From an uncultured Actinomycetes bacterium (GTDB taxonomy: Bacteria; Actinomycetota; JAICYB01), in the NCBI GenBank assembly GCA_964560135.1, contig CAZLKN010000004.1, positions 26,997 to 90,996 on the forward strand: 64,000 nt of DNA, read 5' to 3'. Of this stretch, positions 10,028 through 19,486 are shown piece after piece. Position 1 is the first letter of the stretch; every line of letters starts with the position of its first letter. The position numbers and the translations under genes were made by a program. The notes under the pieces are model-generated. The model saw nothing but the letters and a program-made list of their open reading frames with translations, did not search any database and was not told where the DNA came from.

Positions 10028-11935
10028 ATGCGCTTCCAGCCCCTGGGGCCCTGCGGCGGCTACATCAAGAGCTTCGCGACCGACGACGACGGCCGCGTGT
10101 ACGCGGGAGGCGACGACTCATCAGGGATCTGGGCCTCCGACGACGACGGCCTCACCTGGCGCCTGACCACGGGGAGCTTCCCAGACGCCACCGGATGGCA
10201 GCTCGTCACCGGGCCCGGAACCGTGTACGCCGTCGACCACTACGGGCGCTGGCCGCTGCTGGTCACCACCGATCGGGCACAGACGTGGACCCCCTTCGGC
10301 TCCGACCTCCCGTCGCCGGACGCCAGACGCTTGTCCTGCCTGGCGACCGCCGCGGACGACCCGGACACCCTGCTGGTCGGGACCGGCTTCAACGAGCCCC
10401 GTCCCGGTGACGGGATCTGGCGGTCCGCGGACGGCGGACGCACGTGGCAACACCTCGCTTTCGCCGGGCACACGGTCCCCCACCTGATCCGGGTGGAGGA
10501 TGTGTTCTACGCCACCGTGCTCGGAGGCCCGGACGCCCCGGTGCTCGGGCTGCGCAGATCAGCCGACGGAGGACGCACGTGGGAGCCCGCCGGTGACCTC
10601 ACGAACCAGACCGGTATCAGCGTCCTCGCGGACCTCGGCGACGGGATGGTGGCCGCGGGGATCCCGCGCCCCGAGGCGGCGTTGTGGATCAGCCGCGACG
10701 GGGAGGCCTGGGAGCCGATCGGCCTCGCGGGGTCGGTGGTCTGGGATCTGATCCGGGCCGACGGCGCCTTGATCGCGGGAACCGTCCTCGGGGGCCGGGG
10801 CGTGCTCCGCAGCGAGGACGACGGGCAGACGTGGCACCCCTCGGCGGGCCTGCCCAGCCCCACCGTGATGGGCCTCGGGCGCAACCCCCAGACCGGGACG
10901 GTCTTCGCCAGCACGTTCTCGAACTCGGGCGCCTGGCGCAGCGAGGACGGCGGTGGCACCTTCTCGTCGTCCGACGACGGGCTCCACGCCAGCTACATCA
11001 CCGGCCTGTCCGCCGGGCCCGAACGCGGGCGGATCGTCGTCAGCCTCCTCGGCACCTACGAGGTCGTCCCCGACGGCAACGCCGACGCCCTGGCGGAGAC
11101 GCGGGACGGCGGACGGACCTGGCAGCGGATCGGTGGCCTCAGAGCGCACGGGCTGTGCGTGGCACGCGACCCGGGCGACCCGTCCCGCATCCTCCTCGGA
11201 ACCTTCCGGCAGGGTCTGTGGCTCAGCACCGACGACGGTCGGACGTTCCGTCGGATCTTCAACGAGGCGGTCGTCCAAGCCGTCGGATTCGGTGCCGGTG
11301 GCGCCGTGGCCAGCCGGCTCGACCTCCTCCCCGAACCTCACACCGCCCTCCTGCACAGCTCCGACGGCGGCGAGTCCTGGGTGGTCGCCGCCGACGGCCT
11401 GCACGCCACGTGCTTGGCCCCCGGGGTCGACGCCGCGATCTGGGCGGCCGGATCGGCGGGCATCGCCAGGTCGCCGGACGGGGGCCGCAGCTGGGAGGTC
11501 GTGCGCCGCGAGCCGGCCATCTGCGTGGCTCCCGATCCCACCGATCCCGGCCGGTGCCTGGCGGGCACCCCGGGCGCCGAGGTGCTGGAGACCCGCGACG
11601 GTGGAGCCGGGTGGACAAAGATCGGACCGGAGGTGCCACCCGGCACGACGCGGGGCGTGTACCGGATCGCCGTCGACGGCGACCGTGTGTACGTCGGTCT
11701 CGCGGGGGCCGAGGAAGGCGAGCACATGGACACCGCCGGAGGGTTCTTCGTCTCCGAGGATCGCGGCCGGTCGTGGACGGCCGTGCGCGACGGACTCAGC
11801 ACCACCCACGTCTGGGCGCTGGACATCGACGTCGACGGGGCGGTACTCGCCGGCACCTACGGCGGCGGCGTCCGCCGGCTGCCCAGGGAACCGGGGCCGG
11901 CAGGGTCGGCTTCGAGGACGGGAGCCACACGATGA
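10028..11935 (+). CDS. Asp-box (BNR) repeat beta-propeller protein, GH74/VPS10/YCF48-like fold
   Basis: 13 S/T-x-D-x-G-x-T/S-W-type repeats; no signal peptide; GGAGGAG RBS. Confidence 0.85.
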   Translation: MRFQPLGPCGGYIKSFATDDDGRVYAGGDDSSGIWASDDDGLTWRLTTGSFPDATGWQLVTGPGTVYAVDHYGRWPLLVTTDRAQTWTPFGSDLPSPDARRLSCLATAADDPDTLLVGTGFNEPRPGDGIWRSADGGRTWQHLAFAGHTVPHLIRVEDVFYATVLGGPDAPVLGLRRSADGGRTWEPAGDLTNQTGISVLADLGDGMVAAGIPRPEAALWISRDGEAWEPIGLAGSVVWDLIRADGALIAGTVLGGRGVLRSEDDGQTWHPSAGLPSPTVMGLGRNPQTGTVFASTFSNSGAWRSEDGGGTFSSSDDGLHASYITGLSAGPERGRIVVSLLGTYEVVPDGNADALAETRDGGRTWQRIGGLRAHGLCVARDPGDPSRILLGTFRQGLWLSTDDGRTFRRIFNEAVVQAVGFGAGGAVASRLDLLPEPHTALLHSSDGGESWVVAADGLHATCLAPGVDAAIWAAGSAGIARSPDGGRSWEVVRREPAICVAPDPTDPGRCLAGTPGAEVLETRDGGAGWTKIGPEVPPGTTRGVYRIAVDGDRVYVGLAGAEEGEHMDTAGGFFVSEDRGRSWTAVRDGLSTTHVWALDIDVDGAVLAGTYGGGVRRLPREPGPAGSASRTGATR

Positions 11936-11998
11936 CCAGGGACGACGGCGTCTTCTTCGATGGGAACTGCGATTCTGGAGCTTGAGGGATTCCGGTGA
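11932..11998 (+). pseudogene. Possible hollowed gene remnant (MTRDDGVFFDGNC.../...AILELEGFR*)
   Basis: ATGA-coupled to the upstream stop and GTGA-coupled to the next ORF; ends weakly resemble amidohydrolase termini. Confidence 0.3.
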
Positions 11999-12780
11999 AC
12001 CACCTCGCGCAGGAGTGGAAGGATGACAACCTCATGATCACGGACAAGGAACGCTACCTGTTCGACTGCAACGGGTACCTGGTGCTCCGCGGTGCCCTGT
12101 CGTCTGAGGAACTTGCTCGGCTGAACACGCTCGTCGACCAGAACCTGGGTCCCGAGCCCGAGCCTTCGCAGCCCGGGCGCCGTTTCCAGTTCCTCGAGTG
12201 GGATCAGGCCTTCCGGGACCTCCTCGATCACCCCCGGATCTTCTCCCACCTCCAGGAGTGGCTCGGCGACGCGCTGCGTGTCGATCACTGCTACGGGATC
12301 GCCTCGGCTGAGGGGACCCCCCGGCACGACCTCCACCTCGGCGCGACGCCCTACATCCCGGCGTGCTCCTATCACGTCCGGAACGGACGGATCTTCAGCG
12401 GACTCACCGTCGTCACGTGGGCGCTGACCGATCACGCTCCGGGCCAGGGAACGTTCGCGTGCGTCCCCGGAAGCCATAAAGCGAACTTCCCCTGCCCCGA
12501 CGACATCGCCCGCTTCGAAGGCGACGACCCGACGGTGGCGCAGGTCGCGATGAAGGCTGGGGACGTCCTCATCTTCACCGAGGCTCTCACCCACGGAGCA
12601 TGGCCGTGGACCGCGCCCTGGAACCGTCGGGCGCTGCTCTACAAGTACACGCCAGGCCATATGGCCTGGAGCAGTCGCGCCACGTGGCCCGACGCGATCC
12701 TCGATGGATGCACCGAGCGGCAGCGGAAGCTGTTCGATCCGCCGTACGTCTACAGTGTCGAGCGGAACGCTTTGAGATAA
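11995..12780 (+). CDS. Phytanoyl-CoA dioxygenase (PhyH)-like Fe(II)/2-oxoglutarate oxygenase
   Basis: FDCNGYLVL, LHLG, WALTD, VPGSHK, AGDVLIFTEALTHG, RRALLYKY; start may be ATG 12034. Confidence 0.88.
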   Translation: MNHLAQEWKDDNLMITDKERYLFDCNGYLVLRGALSSEELARLNTLVDQNLGPEPEPSQPGRRFQFLEWDQAFRDLLDHPRIFSHLQEWLGDALRVDHCYGIASAEGTPRHDLHLGATPYIPACSYHVRNGRIFSGLTVVTWALTDHAPGQGTFACVPGSHKANFPCPDDIARFEGDDPTVAQVAMKAGDVLIFTEALTHGAWPWTAPWNRRALLYKYTPGHMAWSSRATWPDAILDGCTERQRKLFDPPYVYSVERNALR

Positions 12781-12995
12781 GAGTCGGGTTCATCGGGTGC
12801 CCCGGCGCTGCCTCGGCCGATGCGCTCGACAAGCTCGCCGCTGAGGCCCAAACCGCCGGGCGGGTGTCGAGGTGCTCGGAATGCGCGAGTCGGTCTACAT
12901 CGACAACCTCGACACCTGCGTGCACCGTCCGGCCGGGGGCGCGGACCCTTCGAGTCGCCGAGTCCCTCCTCGGAGCGACCACGCCCAGTGGATGA
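12774..12995 (+). pseudogene. Fragmented Gfo/Idh/MocA oxidoreductase remnant
   Basis: IRVGFIGC (N-terminal motif), ALDKLAAEAQTAGRV, then VEVLGMRESVYIDNLDTC in another frame, then TLRVAESLL (C-terminal-like helix). Confidence 0.5.
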
Positions 12996-13046
12996 GGATC
13001 TTGCCGGTCCGATCCCCGTCGGTCGATTTCTCTTTAAGATATAGGC

Positions 13047-13061
13047 TCTCGCCATACGATA
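13047..13061. promoter_or_regulatory. Candidate IclR operator
   Basis: TCTCGC-cat-ACGATA in an AT-rich patch upstream of the GH151-like gene. Confidence 0.5.
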
Positions 13062-13123
13062 AGCATGGGACACGATCACAGGCCGAGGCAGCGAAGGTCC
13101 AGCCCGGCACGGAGGAGCTTCAC

Positions 13124-15265
13124 ATGACCGAGTCACGGTACATCGCCGGGCGCCGGCGGATGCTCGTCGACATGCACATCACCGACTCCGATCCGTCCTT
13201 CCTGGCCGCCTACGACCCCGGGCGGATGGCCGAGCTCTACGAGCGCGCCGAACTCACCAGCGTGATGTTCTACTGCAACTCCCACGTCGGGCTGTGCAAC
13301 TGGCCATGCTCCGAGGGGAAGATGCACGCCGGGCTTGGCGGCCGCGACGTCGTCGGTGAGCTGCTCGGGCATCTGCGCGAGCGCGGCATGGGAACCTGCG
13401 CCTACTACAGCGTGGTCTACGACAACTGGGCGTTCCTCGAGCATCCCGAATGGCGGCTCGAGCCCATCGCGCGCGGGGACCAGGGCGGCGCCTTCCAGTT
13501 CGCCGGTTCCAGGTACGGACTCGTGTGTCCCAACAATCCCGACTACCGCGCCTTCACCAGGCGTCGCATGGCGGATCTCCTCGGGCGCTACGACTTCGAC
13601 TGCCTGTTCTACGACATGACCTTCTGGCCGCGGATCTGCGGCTGCGGGCACTGCCGGGCCCGGTGCCGCGAGGAGACCGGCGCCGACATCCCCGAGATCG
13701 TCGACTGGACCGACCCCGCCTGGTGCGCCTTCGTCGCCGCCCGCGAGGACTGGATCCTGGACTTCGTCCGCACGATCGTCGGCTACGCCAAGGAAGTGCG
13801 TCCCGACCTTCCCGTGTACGTCAACTTCGCCCTCGCCTTCTACACGTGGGCGTTCGGCTTCCCGCTGTCAGCCGCCCGCGAGATCGACTTCTGCGGTGGC
13901 GATCTGTACGGTGACCGCGTCGAGCAGCTCTTCGCCAGCAAGCTCATGACCCATCTCAGCACGCGGCGGCCTCCCGAGTTCATGACCAGCCGCTGCATCA
14001 ACCTCAAGGACCACGTGCGCCTCAAGGGCCACCATGAGATGGAGCTCCAGGCCTTCGCCGCCACCGCCCTCGGATCGGCCTTCCTGTTCATCGACGCCAT
14101 CGATCCCGTGGGCACCGTCAACGAGGCGGTCTACGACCGGATCGGTTCGATCTACCGGCGCACGGCCCCCTACGAGCGGTTCGCCGGCGGCGAGCCCGTG
14201 GAGGACGTGGCGGTCTACCACTCCAGCGAGTCCCGGATGGACCCGGCCGAGAACGGGACGCCGGTGGCCGACGTGCACGCCACCTTCAGGCCCCCGCCCC
14301 ACCAGGCAGCGGCCAAGGGGGCGGTCCGGATGCTCCAGCGGGCCCACATCCCGTTCGGGGTGATCACCCGCAAGCAGCTCGGCGAACTCGACCGGTGGCG
14401 TGTCGTGATCCTCCCGGAGGTCGTCCGCATGGACGACGAGGAGGTCGAGGCCGTGCGATCCTACGTCGCCCGTGGGGGCCGCATCTACGCGAGCCGCTCG
14501 ACGTCGATCCTCGGTACCGACGGCACCGCGCATCCCGACCTCCGGCTCGCCGACGTCTTCGGCTGCCACCTCGACGGCAAGGAGGAGGGCCCCGTGGTGT
14601 TCGTGAAGCCGGTAGACACCGAGCTCGCCGACCTGGTGGCTCCCCAGGACTACATCAGCCAGATGCCGCCGATGTCGGGGATGAGCGTGTCCCGCAACCC
14701 GGTCCGGGTTCCACGACTGCGCCCGGGTGCCGGACGGACCCTCGCGACCCTGAGCCTGCCCTACGGCTATCCGGAGGCGGGCACCGTGCTCGACGAACAC
14801 TGGTCCAGCATCCATTCCGCCCCGCCCCACACCGACACCGACCATCCGGTCATCGTCGAGCACCGCACCGGCGACGGCGTGAGCGTGTACTCGGCCATCG
14901 ACCTCGAGGCCACCCCGAGCGAGGTCAACGAGCGGGTCTTCGTCGGCATCGTCCGGCGCCTGCTCGGACGCGAGCCGTCCGCCTCGGCCCGTGCGCATCC
15001 GGCGGTCTGGATGAACGTCTTCGACCATCCCGACGAAGACCGGATGTCGGTGACCCTCCTCAACTACCAGGCCGACCTGCCGGCCGTCCCGGTCCGCGAC
15101 GTGCTGGTCGAGCTGGACGCCGGGCCCGGGAAGCGGTTCACGTCCCTGACCCGGGCCCCCGACGGCGCCCCGATGGGCTTCGAGGTCACCGGCGGACGAC
15201 TCCGGACGACCCTGGAGGAGCTAGACGTGTTCGAGATGCTCGTCGCCGCATACGCGGCGGAGTGA
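13124..15265 (+). CDS. GH151/GHL6-like glycoside hydrolase (alpha-L-fucosidase-like) with beta-galactosidase trimerisation-like domain
   Basis: RRMLVDMHI...SVMFYCNSHVG...HAGL...AYYSV, CPNNPDYR, FYDMTF, CGCGHC; ATG 13124 after GGAGGAG. Confidence 0.75.
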   Translation: MTESRYIAGRRRMLVDMHITDSDPSFLAAYDPGRMAELYERAELTSVMFYCNSHVGLCNWPCSEGKMHAGLGGRDVVGELLGHLRERGMGTCAYYSVVYDNWAFLEHPEWRLEPIARGDQGGAFQFAGSRYGLVCPNNPDYRAFTRRRMADLLGRYDFDCLFYDMTFWPRICGCGHCRARCREETGADIPEIVDWTDPAWCAFVAAREDWILDFVRTIVGYAKEVRPDLPVYVNFALAFYTWAFGFPLSAAREIDFCGGDLYGDRVEQLFASKLMTHLSTRRPPEFMTSRCINLKDHVRLKGHHEMELQAFAATALGSAFLFIDAIDPVGTVNEAVYDRIGSIYRRTAPYERFAGGEPVEDVAVYHSSESRMDPAENGTPVADVHATFRPPPHQAAAKGAVRMLQRAHIPFGVITRKQLGELDRWRVVILPEVVRMDDEEVEAVRSYVARGGRIYASRSTSILGTDGTAHPDLRLADVFGCHLDGKEEGPVVFVKPVDTELADLVAPQDYISQMPPMSGMSVSRNPVRVPRLRPGAGRTLATLSLPYGYPEAGTVLDEHWSSIHSAPPHTDTDHPVIVEHRTGDGVSVYSAIDLEATPSEVNERVFVGIVRRLLGREPSASARAHPAVWMNVFDHPDEDRMSVTLLNYQADLPAVPVRDVLVELDAGPGKRFTSLTRAPDGAPMGFEVTGGRLRTTLEELDVFEMLVAAYAAE

Positions 15266-15315
15266 CGGCGGCCGTCACAGAACGATAACTTCCCTTCGAA
15301 GTCGCTCAAGGAGGT

Positions 15316-16110
15316 GTGGGATTGCGGGTGGTCGCCGATGAGCTCGGATTCACCGAAGGGCCGGTCGTGCTGCCCGACGGCTCCTACGCGATCGTCGGAC
15401 TCGCGCGGATCCTGCGCATCACTCCGGGCGGCGAGGTGTCGACGCTCACCGAGGACGTGGACGGACCGAACGGGCTCGCTGTGGCGTCCGACGGGTCGAT
15501 CCTGATCGCCGACAACGGGCGGGTGTGGGAACCGGACCGGACGACCCGCGGATCGATCCGCCGTCTCGAGGCGGGGTCCGGCACCGCCACCGTGCTGCAT
15601 GCCGACCTCGACGCACCGAACGACCTCTGCCTGGACACCGACGGAAGCCTGGTGTTCACCGACCCCCGCCAGTCCTGGTTCGCCGAAGATACGGTGCCGG
15701 GGCGTGTGTACCGTGTCGTCTCCTCCGGCTTGGAGCTCCTGCATGAAGGTCTGCGCTATCCCAACGGGATCGGTGTCCACCCGGATGGACGCCTGATGGT
15801 GGCCGAGTCGCGGACACGCAGGCTGGTCGTGCTCCATGACGGAAGAGCCGAGCCGTGGGGCGGGACGCTGGAAGGCACACCCGACGGGTTCGCCTTCGAC
15901 GCCGGCGGACGCGGCTTCATCTGTCTGTTCGACTCCGGCTTCGTACAGGTCATGGAGTCCGACGGCCGGCAGGGCGACCGGATCACCACCGGCCCGGGAT
16001 CCTGGCCCACGAACTGCACCATCACCCCCGACGGTTCCCTGCTCGTGACCGACGCCCAGGGTGGGAAGCTGCTGTCCTTCGATCTCGGTCTCGAACCATG
16101 CGGTACGTGA
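15316..16110 (+). CDS. SMP-30/gluconolactonase family protein
   Basis: FTEGPV, PNGLA, APNDL, FTDP, YPNGI, PDGFAFD, PTNC; AAGGAGG RBS. Confidence 0.9.
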   Translation: MGLRVVADELGFTEGPVVLPDGSYAIVGLARILRITPGGEVSTLTEDVDGPNGLAVASDGSILIADNGRVWEPDRTTRGSIRRLEAGSGTATVLHADLDAPNDLCLDTDGSLVFTDPRQSWFAEDTVPGRVYRVVSSGLELLHEGLRYPNGIGVHPDGRLMVAESRTRRLVVLHDGRAEPWGGTLEGTPDGFAFDAGGRGFICLFDSGFVQVMESDGRQGDRITTGPGSWPTNCTITPDGSLLVTDAQGGKLLSFDLGLEPCGT

Positions 16111-16829
16111 TCTCCGGAGCGGGCATGCTCGGACGCGCCCTCGGCGGTCGTTTGCGTCGCGACGGACACGCGGTCGTCCTCGTCGACGCTGCCGCCGGCG
16201 ACGGCGTCGTGCGGGCCGATCTCCGCGATCCGGTGACGCTGACCGGTGTCCTCGACGGCGCCGACGGTCTCTTCCACACCGCCGCTCTGCACGGCTTCCG
16301 TACGGCCCCGCCCCGTGCATTCTTCGACACCAACGTCGTCGGCACGTGGAACCTGCTCGAAGCCGCCGAGGCCGCCGGCGTGGACAAGGTCGTCTACTCG
16401 AGCACGATCGGCGTCTACGGCGACACCCATCCGACCGCCATCGGACCCGCCACCGACCCCGTCGCCACCACCGACACCTACGGCGTCACGAAGCTCATGG
16501 CCGAACAGGCGCTCCGCTCCTTCGCCGGACGCGGGATGCACGTCGTCGCGTTGCGCTATGGCGGCTTCGCGCAGGTCATCCGCCGGCGGTACGGCGCGGT
16601 GCCGTGGGCCTGGGGCGCCTCGGGCTCGGTCGTGGACCTGACGGACGTCGTCCGTGCCAACATCCACGCCATGGAACGGCTGCCGCTGCCTCGCTTCGGG
16701 TACGTCGTGGCGCCCAGCGGGGGCTCGGAGAACACCCCGTACCGGGTCGACGCCTCGGCCACGGAGCAGGACCTCGGGATGCGCTTCGCCCACGACTACG
16801 CCACCATGCTCGCCTGGACGGGCGTGTGA
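16098..16829 (+). CDS. NAD-dependent epimerase/dehydratase (extended SDR)
   Basis: ISGAGMLG, HTAA, NVVGTWNLLEAA, SSTIGVYG, YGVTK; start ATG 16098. Confidence 0.88.
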   Translation: MRYVISGAGMLGRALGGRLRRDGHAVVLVDAAAGDGVVRADLRDPVTLTGVLDGADGLFHTAALHGFRTAPPRAFFDTNVVGTWNLLEAAEAAGVDKVVYSSTIGVYGDTHPTAIGPATDPVATTDTYGVTKLMAEQALRSFAGRGMHVVALRYGGFAQVIRRRYGAVPWAWGASGSVVDLTDVVRANIHAMERLPLPRFGYVVAPSGGSENTPYRVDASATEQDLGMRFAHDYATMLAWTGV

Positions 16830-16855
16830 CGCATGAGAAGACGGGAGGGTCGTGC

Positions 16856-17896
16856 ATGACCGAGGTGCTCATCGTCGGCGCCGGAGGGATCGCCGACCGG
16901 CATGTCGCCGGCTTCCGCGCCGGCGGCGCGACCGTGGCCGGCGTGTCCTCCCGGAACCTCGATCGGGCTCGCGCCTTCGCCGACGCCATGGACATCCCCC
17001 ACGCCTACGCCAGCCACCGCGAAGCACTCGAGCGCTGCGACGCCGAGATCGTCACCGTCGCCACGCCCCCTGCGAGCCACGCCGAGATCACCATCGACGC
17101 GCTGGAGTCCGGACGTCACGTGCTGTGCGAAAAACCCTTCGCGATGGACGCCGCCGAGGCCCGCTCGATGGTGGCGGCTGCGCAGCGTTCCGGACGGACG
17201 CTCGGATGCTGGTCGTCCCGGCACCTGTTCATGTGGGGCCTCGACAACGCCGTGACCACGGCCCGCGACGGCGGCTTCGGCCGTGTGGTCCACGTCCACG
17301 TCGACTTCCAGTGGCGGGATCTCGTCCCGGGATTGTCCTTCCAGCCCGAGAGTCCCTGGTTCCTGGACTCGCGCTGGAACGGCGGCGGCGTGCTGGCGGA
17401 CTGGGGGTCGTACTGGATCGACATGGTGATGGCCGTCCTGCCGCCCGACGACCGGCCCGTCAGCGTGCTCGGGTCGACGTTCCTCGGCATGGACGACCGC
17501 ACTCCGCCGGAGGGGTTCGTCCGGGACGCCGAGGAGCTGGCGCTGGCCATGGTGACCTTCCGCAGCGGAGCCTCAGCGGTCCTCCAGCTCGCTTCCCGGG
17601 TGCATCAGGAAACCCGGCACACGATGCGCGTCTGGGGCACGCAAGCCGGCGCGGCGTTCAACCCGTTCGACGCCGGACCGGAGGCCACCTTCACCCTGTC
17701 CACCGACGACGGTCGCACCGAGATCCTCGAGGCACCGGGTCCGCGTTCCATGCACGACGGACCGGCCATCGACTTCCTGGCCGCGGTACGGGAGGGAAGG
17801 GAGCCCGCGACGCCTGGCGGTCGCGCCGCCCTCGTGGTCGAGATCTGCGACGCGATCTACACCTCTGCCCGGGCCGGCCGGGCCGTGGAGCTGTAG
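16856..17896 (+). CDS. Gfo/Idh/MocA family oxidoreductase
   Basis: IVGAGGIA, VATPPASH, HVLCEKP, GGGVLADWGSYWID; ATG 16856 after GGGAGGG. Confidence 0.92.
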   Translation: MTEVLIVGAGGIADRHVAGFRAGGATVAGVSSRNLDRARAFADAMDIPHAYASHREALERCDAEIVTVATPPASHAEITIDALESGRHVLCEKPFAMDAAEARSMVAAAQRSGRTLGCWSSRHLFMWGLDNAVTTARDGGFGRVVHVHVDFQWRDLVPGLSFQPESPWFLDSRWNGGGVLADWGSYWIDMVMAVLPPDDRPVSVLGSTFLGMDDRTPPEGFVRDAEELALAMVTFRSGASAVLQLASRVHQETRHTMRVWGTQAGAAFNPFDAGPEATFTLSTDDGRTEILEAPGPRSMHDGPAIDFLAAVREGREPATPGGRAALVVEICDAIYTSARAGRAVEL

Positions 17897-17900
17897 TCCC

Positions 17901-18893
17901 TCAGGACGACACGTAGCCCGCGAGCTGCTCCCGCCAGGCCTGCCAACCGGCCTTGGGACGACGGTCGTGGGTACGGATCCCGTTGGAGGTCAGGAAGGCG
18001 AGGAACTCCTCATTGCCGTCGAAGAAGGGGAACTGGTGACGGACGTACTCGCGCAGCGGTTCCACCGGCCAGTCGTCGACGCAGAGCCAGATGGCCCCCA
18101 CGACCCGGTCGCGGGAGCGGCCCGACAGGACCTCGAACATCTCGGTCACGCGACGGGCCTGGATCTGTTCGGAGGAGTCGAGGATCTCCGCCGCCGGGAG
18201 CCCGATCTCCTTGATCAGGACGGGCTTGTCGCCCGCGGCCTCCTCCATGCGGTCGACCACCTCGGCCATATCGGACAACCCCGGAAGCTTGAAATCGGGG
18301 GCCGGACCGAGCTCGTACCAGGTGAACGCCGCCAGATCGGTGGAGGCGTTCAGCGCGCGGACGAGATCGGGGCGCTTGCTGATCGTGTCGTACGTGCAGG
18401 TGTTCACGACGCGGGCACCGGGAGCGTGCCGGCGGATCGCGTCGGCGCCGGCGGCCAGGAACCCCAGGACCGCATCCAGCTCGTCGGGATGGGAGTCGGC
18501 GAAGATGTTCACCTCGTTGCCGATGACCACGATGGGGGACGAGTCCTTCCATCCGGCCCGCTCCGCAGCCTGAGCCACGAACCCCTCGAAGCGCTCCAGC
18601 ATCTGCGCCGAATCGAACGGCACAGTGCGCAGGTCGGCCGGAAGGGGCCCGCGCTCGTTCATGTGCACCGGGTAGAGGGTGAAGACCTGTTGCGGGAGGC
18701 TCCCGAGCTCCTCCCGGAGCTGCTGCCACCACTCCAGTGCCGACCAGTCGAACGCGCCTGCGTCGGACTCCACGGTTCCCCAGTTCAGATGGGTCACCGT
18801 GATCTCCACACCGAGATCGCGCACCACCTGCGTGGCGTCGGCAACCTCCGTACCGTGGATCTGGACCCCGACCAACGGGCGTTCGCTCGACAT
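17901..18893 (-). CDS. Clan GH-A TIM-barrel glycoside hydrolase of unclear family
   Basis: WGTVE...FDW, acid/base-like IGNEVN, nucleophile-like KPVLIKEIG; AAGGAG RBS. Confidence 0.7.
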   Translation of the reverse strand: MSSERPLVGVQIHGTEVADATQVVRDLGVEITVTHLNWGTVESDAGAFDWSALEWWQQLREELGSLPQQVFTLYPVHMNERGPLPADLRTVPFDSAQMLERFEGFVAQAAERAGWKDSSPIVVIGNEVNIFADSHPDELDAVLGFLAAGADAIRRHAPGARVVNTCTYDTISKRPDLVRALNASTDLAAFTWYELGPAPDFKLPGLSDMAEVVDRMEEAAGDKPVLIKEIGLPAAEILDSSEQIQARRVTEMFEVLSGRSRDRVVGAIWLCVDDWPVEPLREYVRHQFPFFDGNEEFLAFLTSNGIRTHDRRPKAGWQAWREQLAGYVSS

Positions 18894-18982
18894 GATCTCT
18901 CCTTCGCGATACGGTCTACTCTTAATAGAAGTTGTCGTATCCTCATGTCAACGTGGGGTCAGGGGAGGAACACTCGAGGGGG

Positions 18983-19480
18983 ATGCAGATGCTCAGGCGC
19001 GCGGCGCGCAGACTCGGGGTTCTGCTCCTCGGTGCCGGTGTGCTCGGTCTGGCGTTCGTCCTCGCGCTGCTTCTCATCAACGCTGCCGGCGCAGCAGGTC
19101 TGTTCATGGTCGTGGTGACCCTCGGCCTTGGTGCGGCAGTGGGCTGGGCGGCGATCCGGTGGGCGGAACCACGGATCGCCGAGCGTGCCTTCGCCATCGT
19201 GACCACGGTCGTGGGCTTCGTCGCCGCTTCGATCGCACTCAGCATCACGCTGGCCACGACATCGTGGGAGTGGCAGGCCTACACCCGGACCCTTCCCCAC
19301 CCCGGACGGTCGCTGATCAGCTTCGCGCTGTTCGGGATCGTGTTCCTCGGGATCGGCATCCCACGGGTCCGCAAGCTGCATGAGGATGGACGGATCCTTC
19401 CCCGGCCGGATGCCCCCGAACGGGCACCGATCCGTCCCGGCCGTACAGACCCGGGTGGCGGACGGTATCGAGCCCGCTGA
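18983..19480 (+). CDS. Hypothetical membrane protein (about 4 TM)
   Basis: Four hydrophobic segments; GAGGGGG upstream of ATG. Confidence 0.6.
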   Translation: MQMLRRAARRLGVLLLGAGVLGLAFVLALLLINAAGAAGLFMVVVTLGLGAAVGWAAIRWAEPRIAERAFAIVTTVVGFVAASIALSITLATTSWEWQAYTRTLPHPGRSLISFALFGIVFLGIGIPRVRKLHEDGRILPRPDAPERAPIRPGRTDPGGGRYRAR

Positions 19481-19486
19481 CCCTCC

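Noticed and set aside
10028-11935. Recurring GACGGCGG...TGG units as a CRISPR-like array
   Set aside because: Degenerate, in-frame Asp-box coding repeats with no identical repeat/spacer structure and no cas genes
15262-15278. GTGACGGC-G-GCCGTCAC palindrome as an intrinsic terminator
   Set aside because: No U-tract, and co-oriented genes follow closely; function cannot be supported
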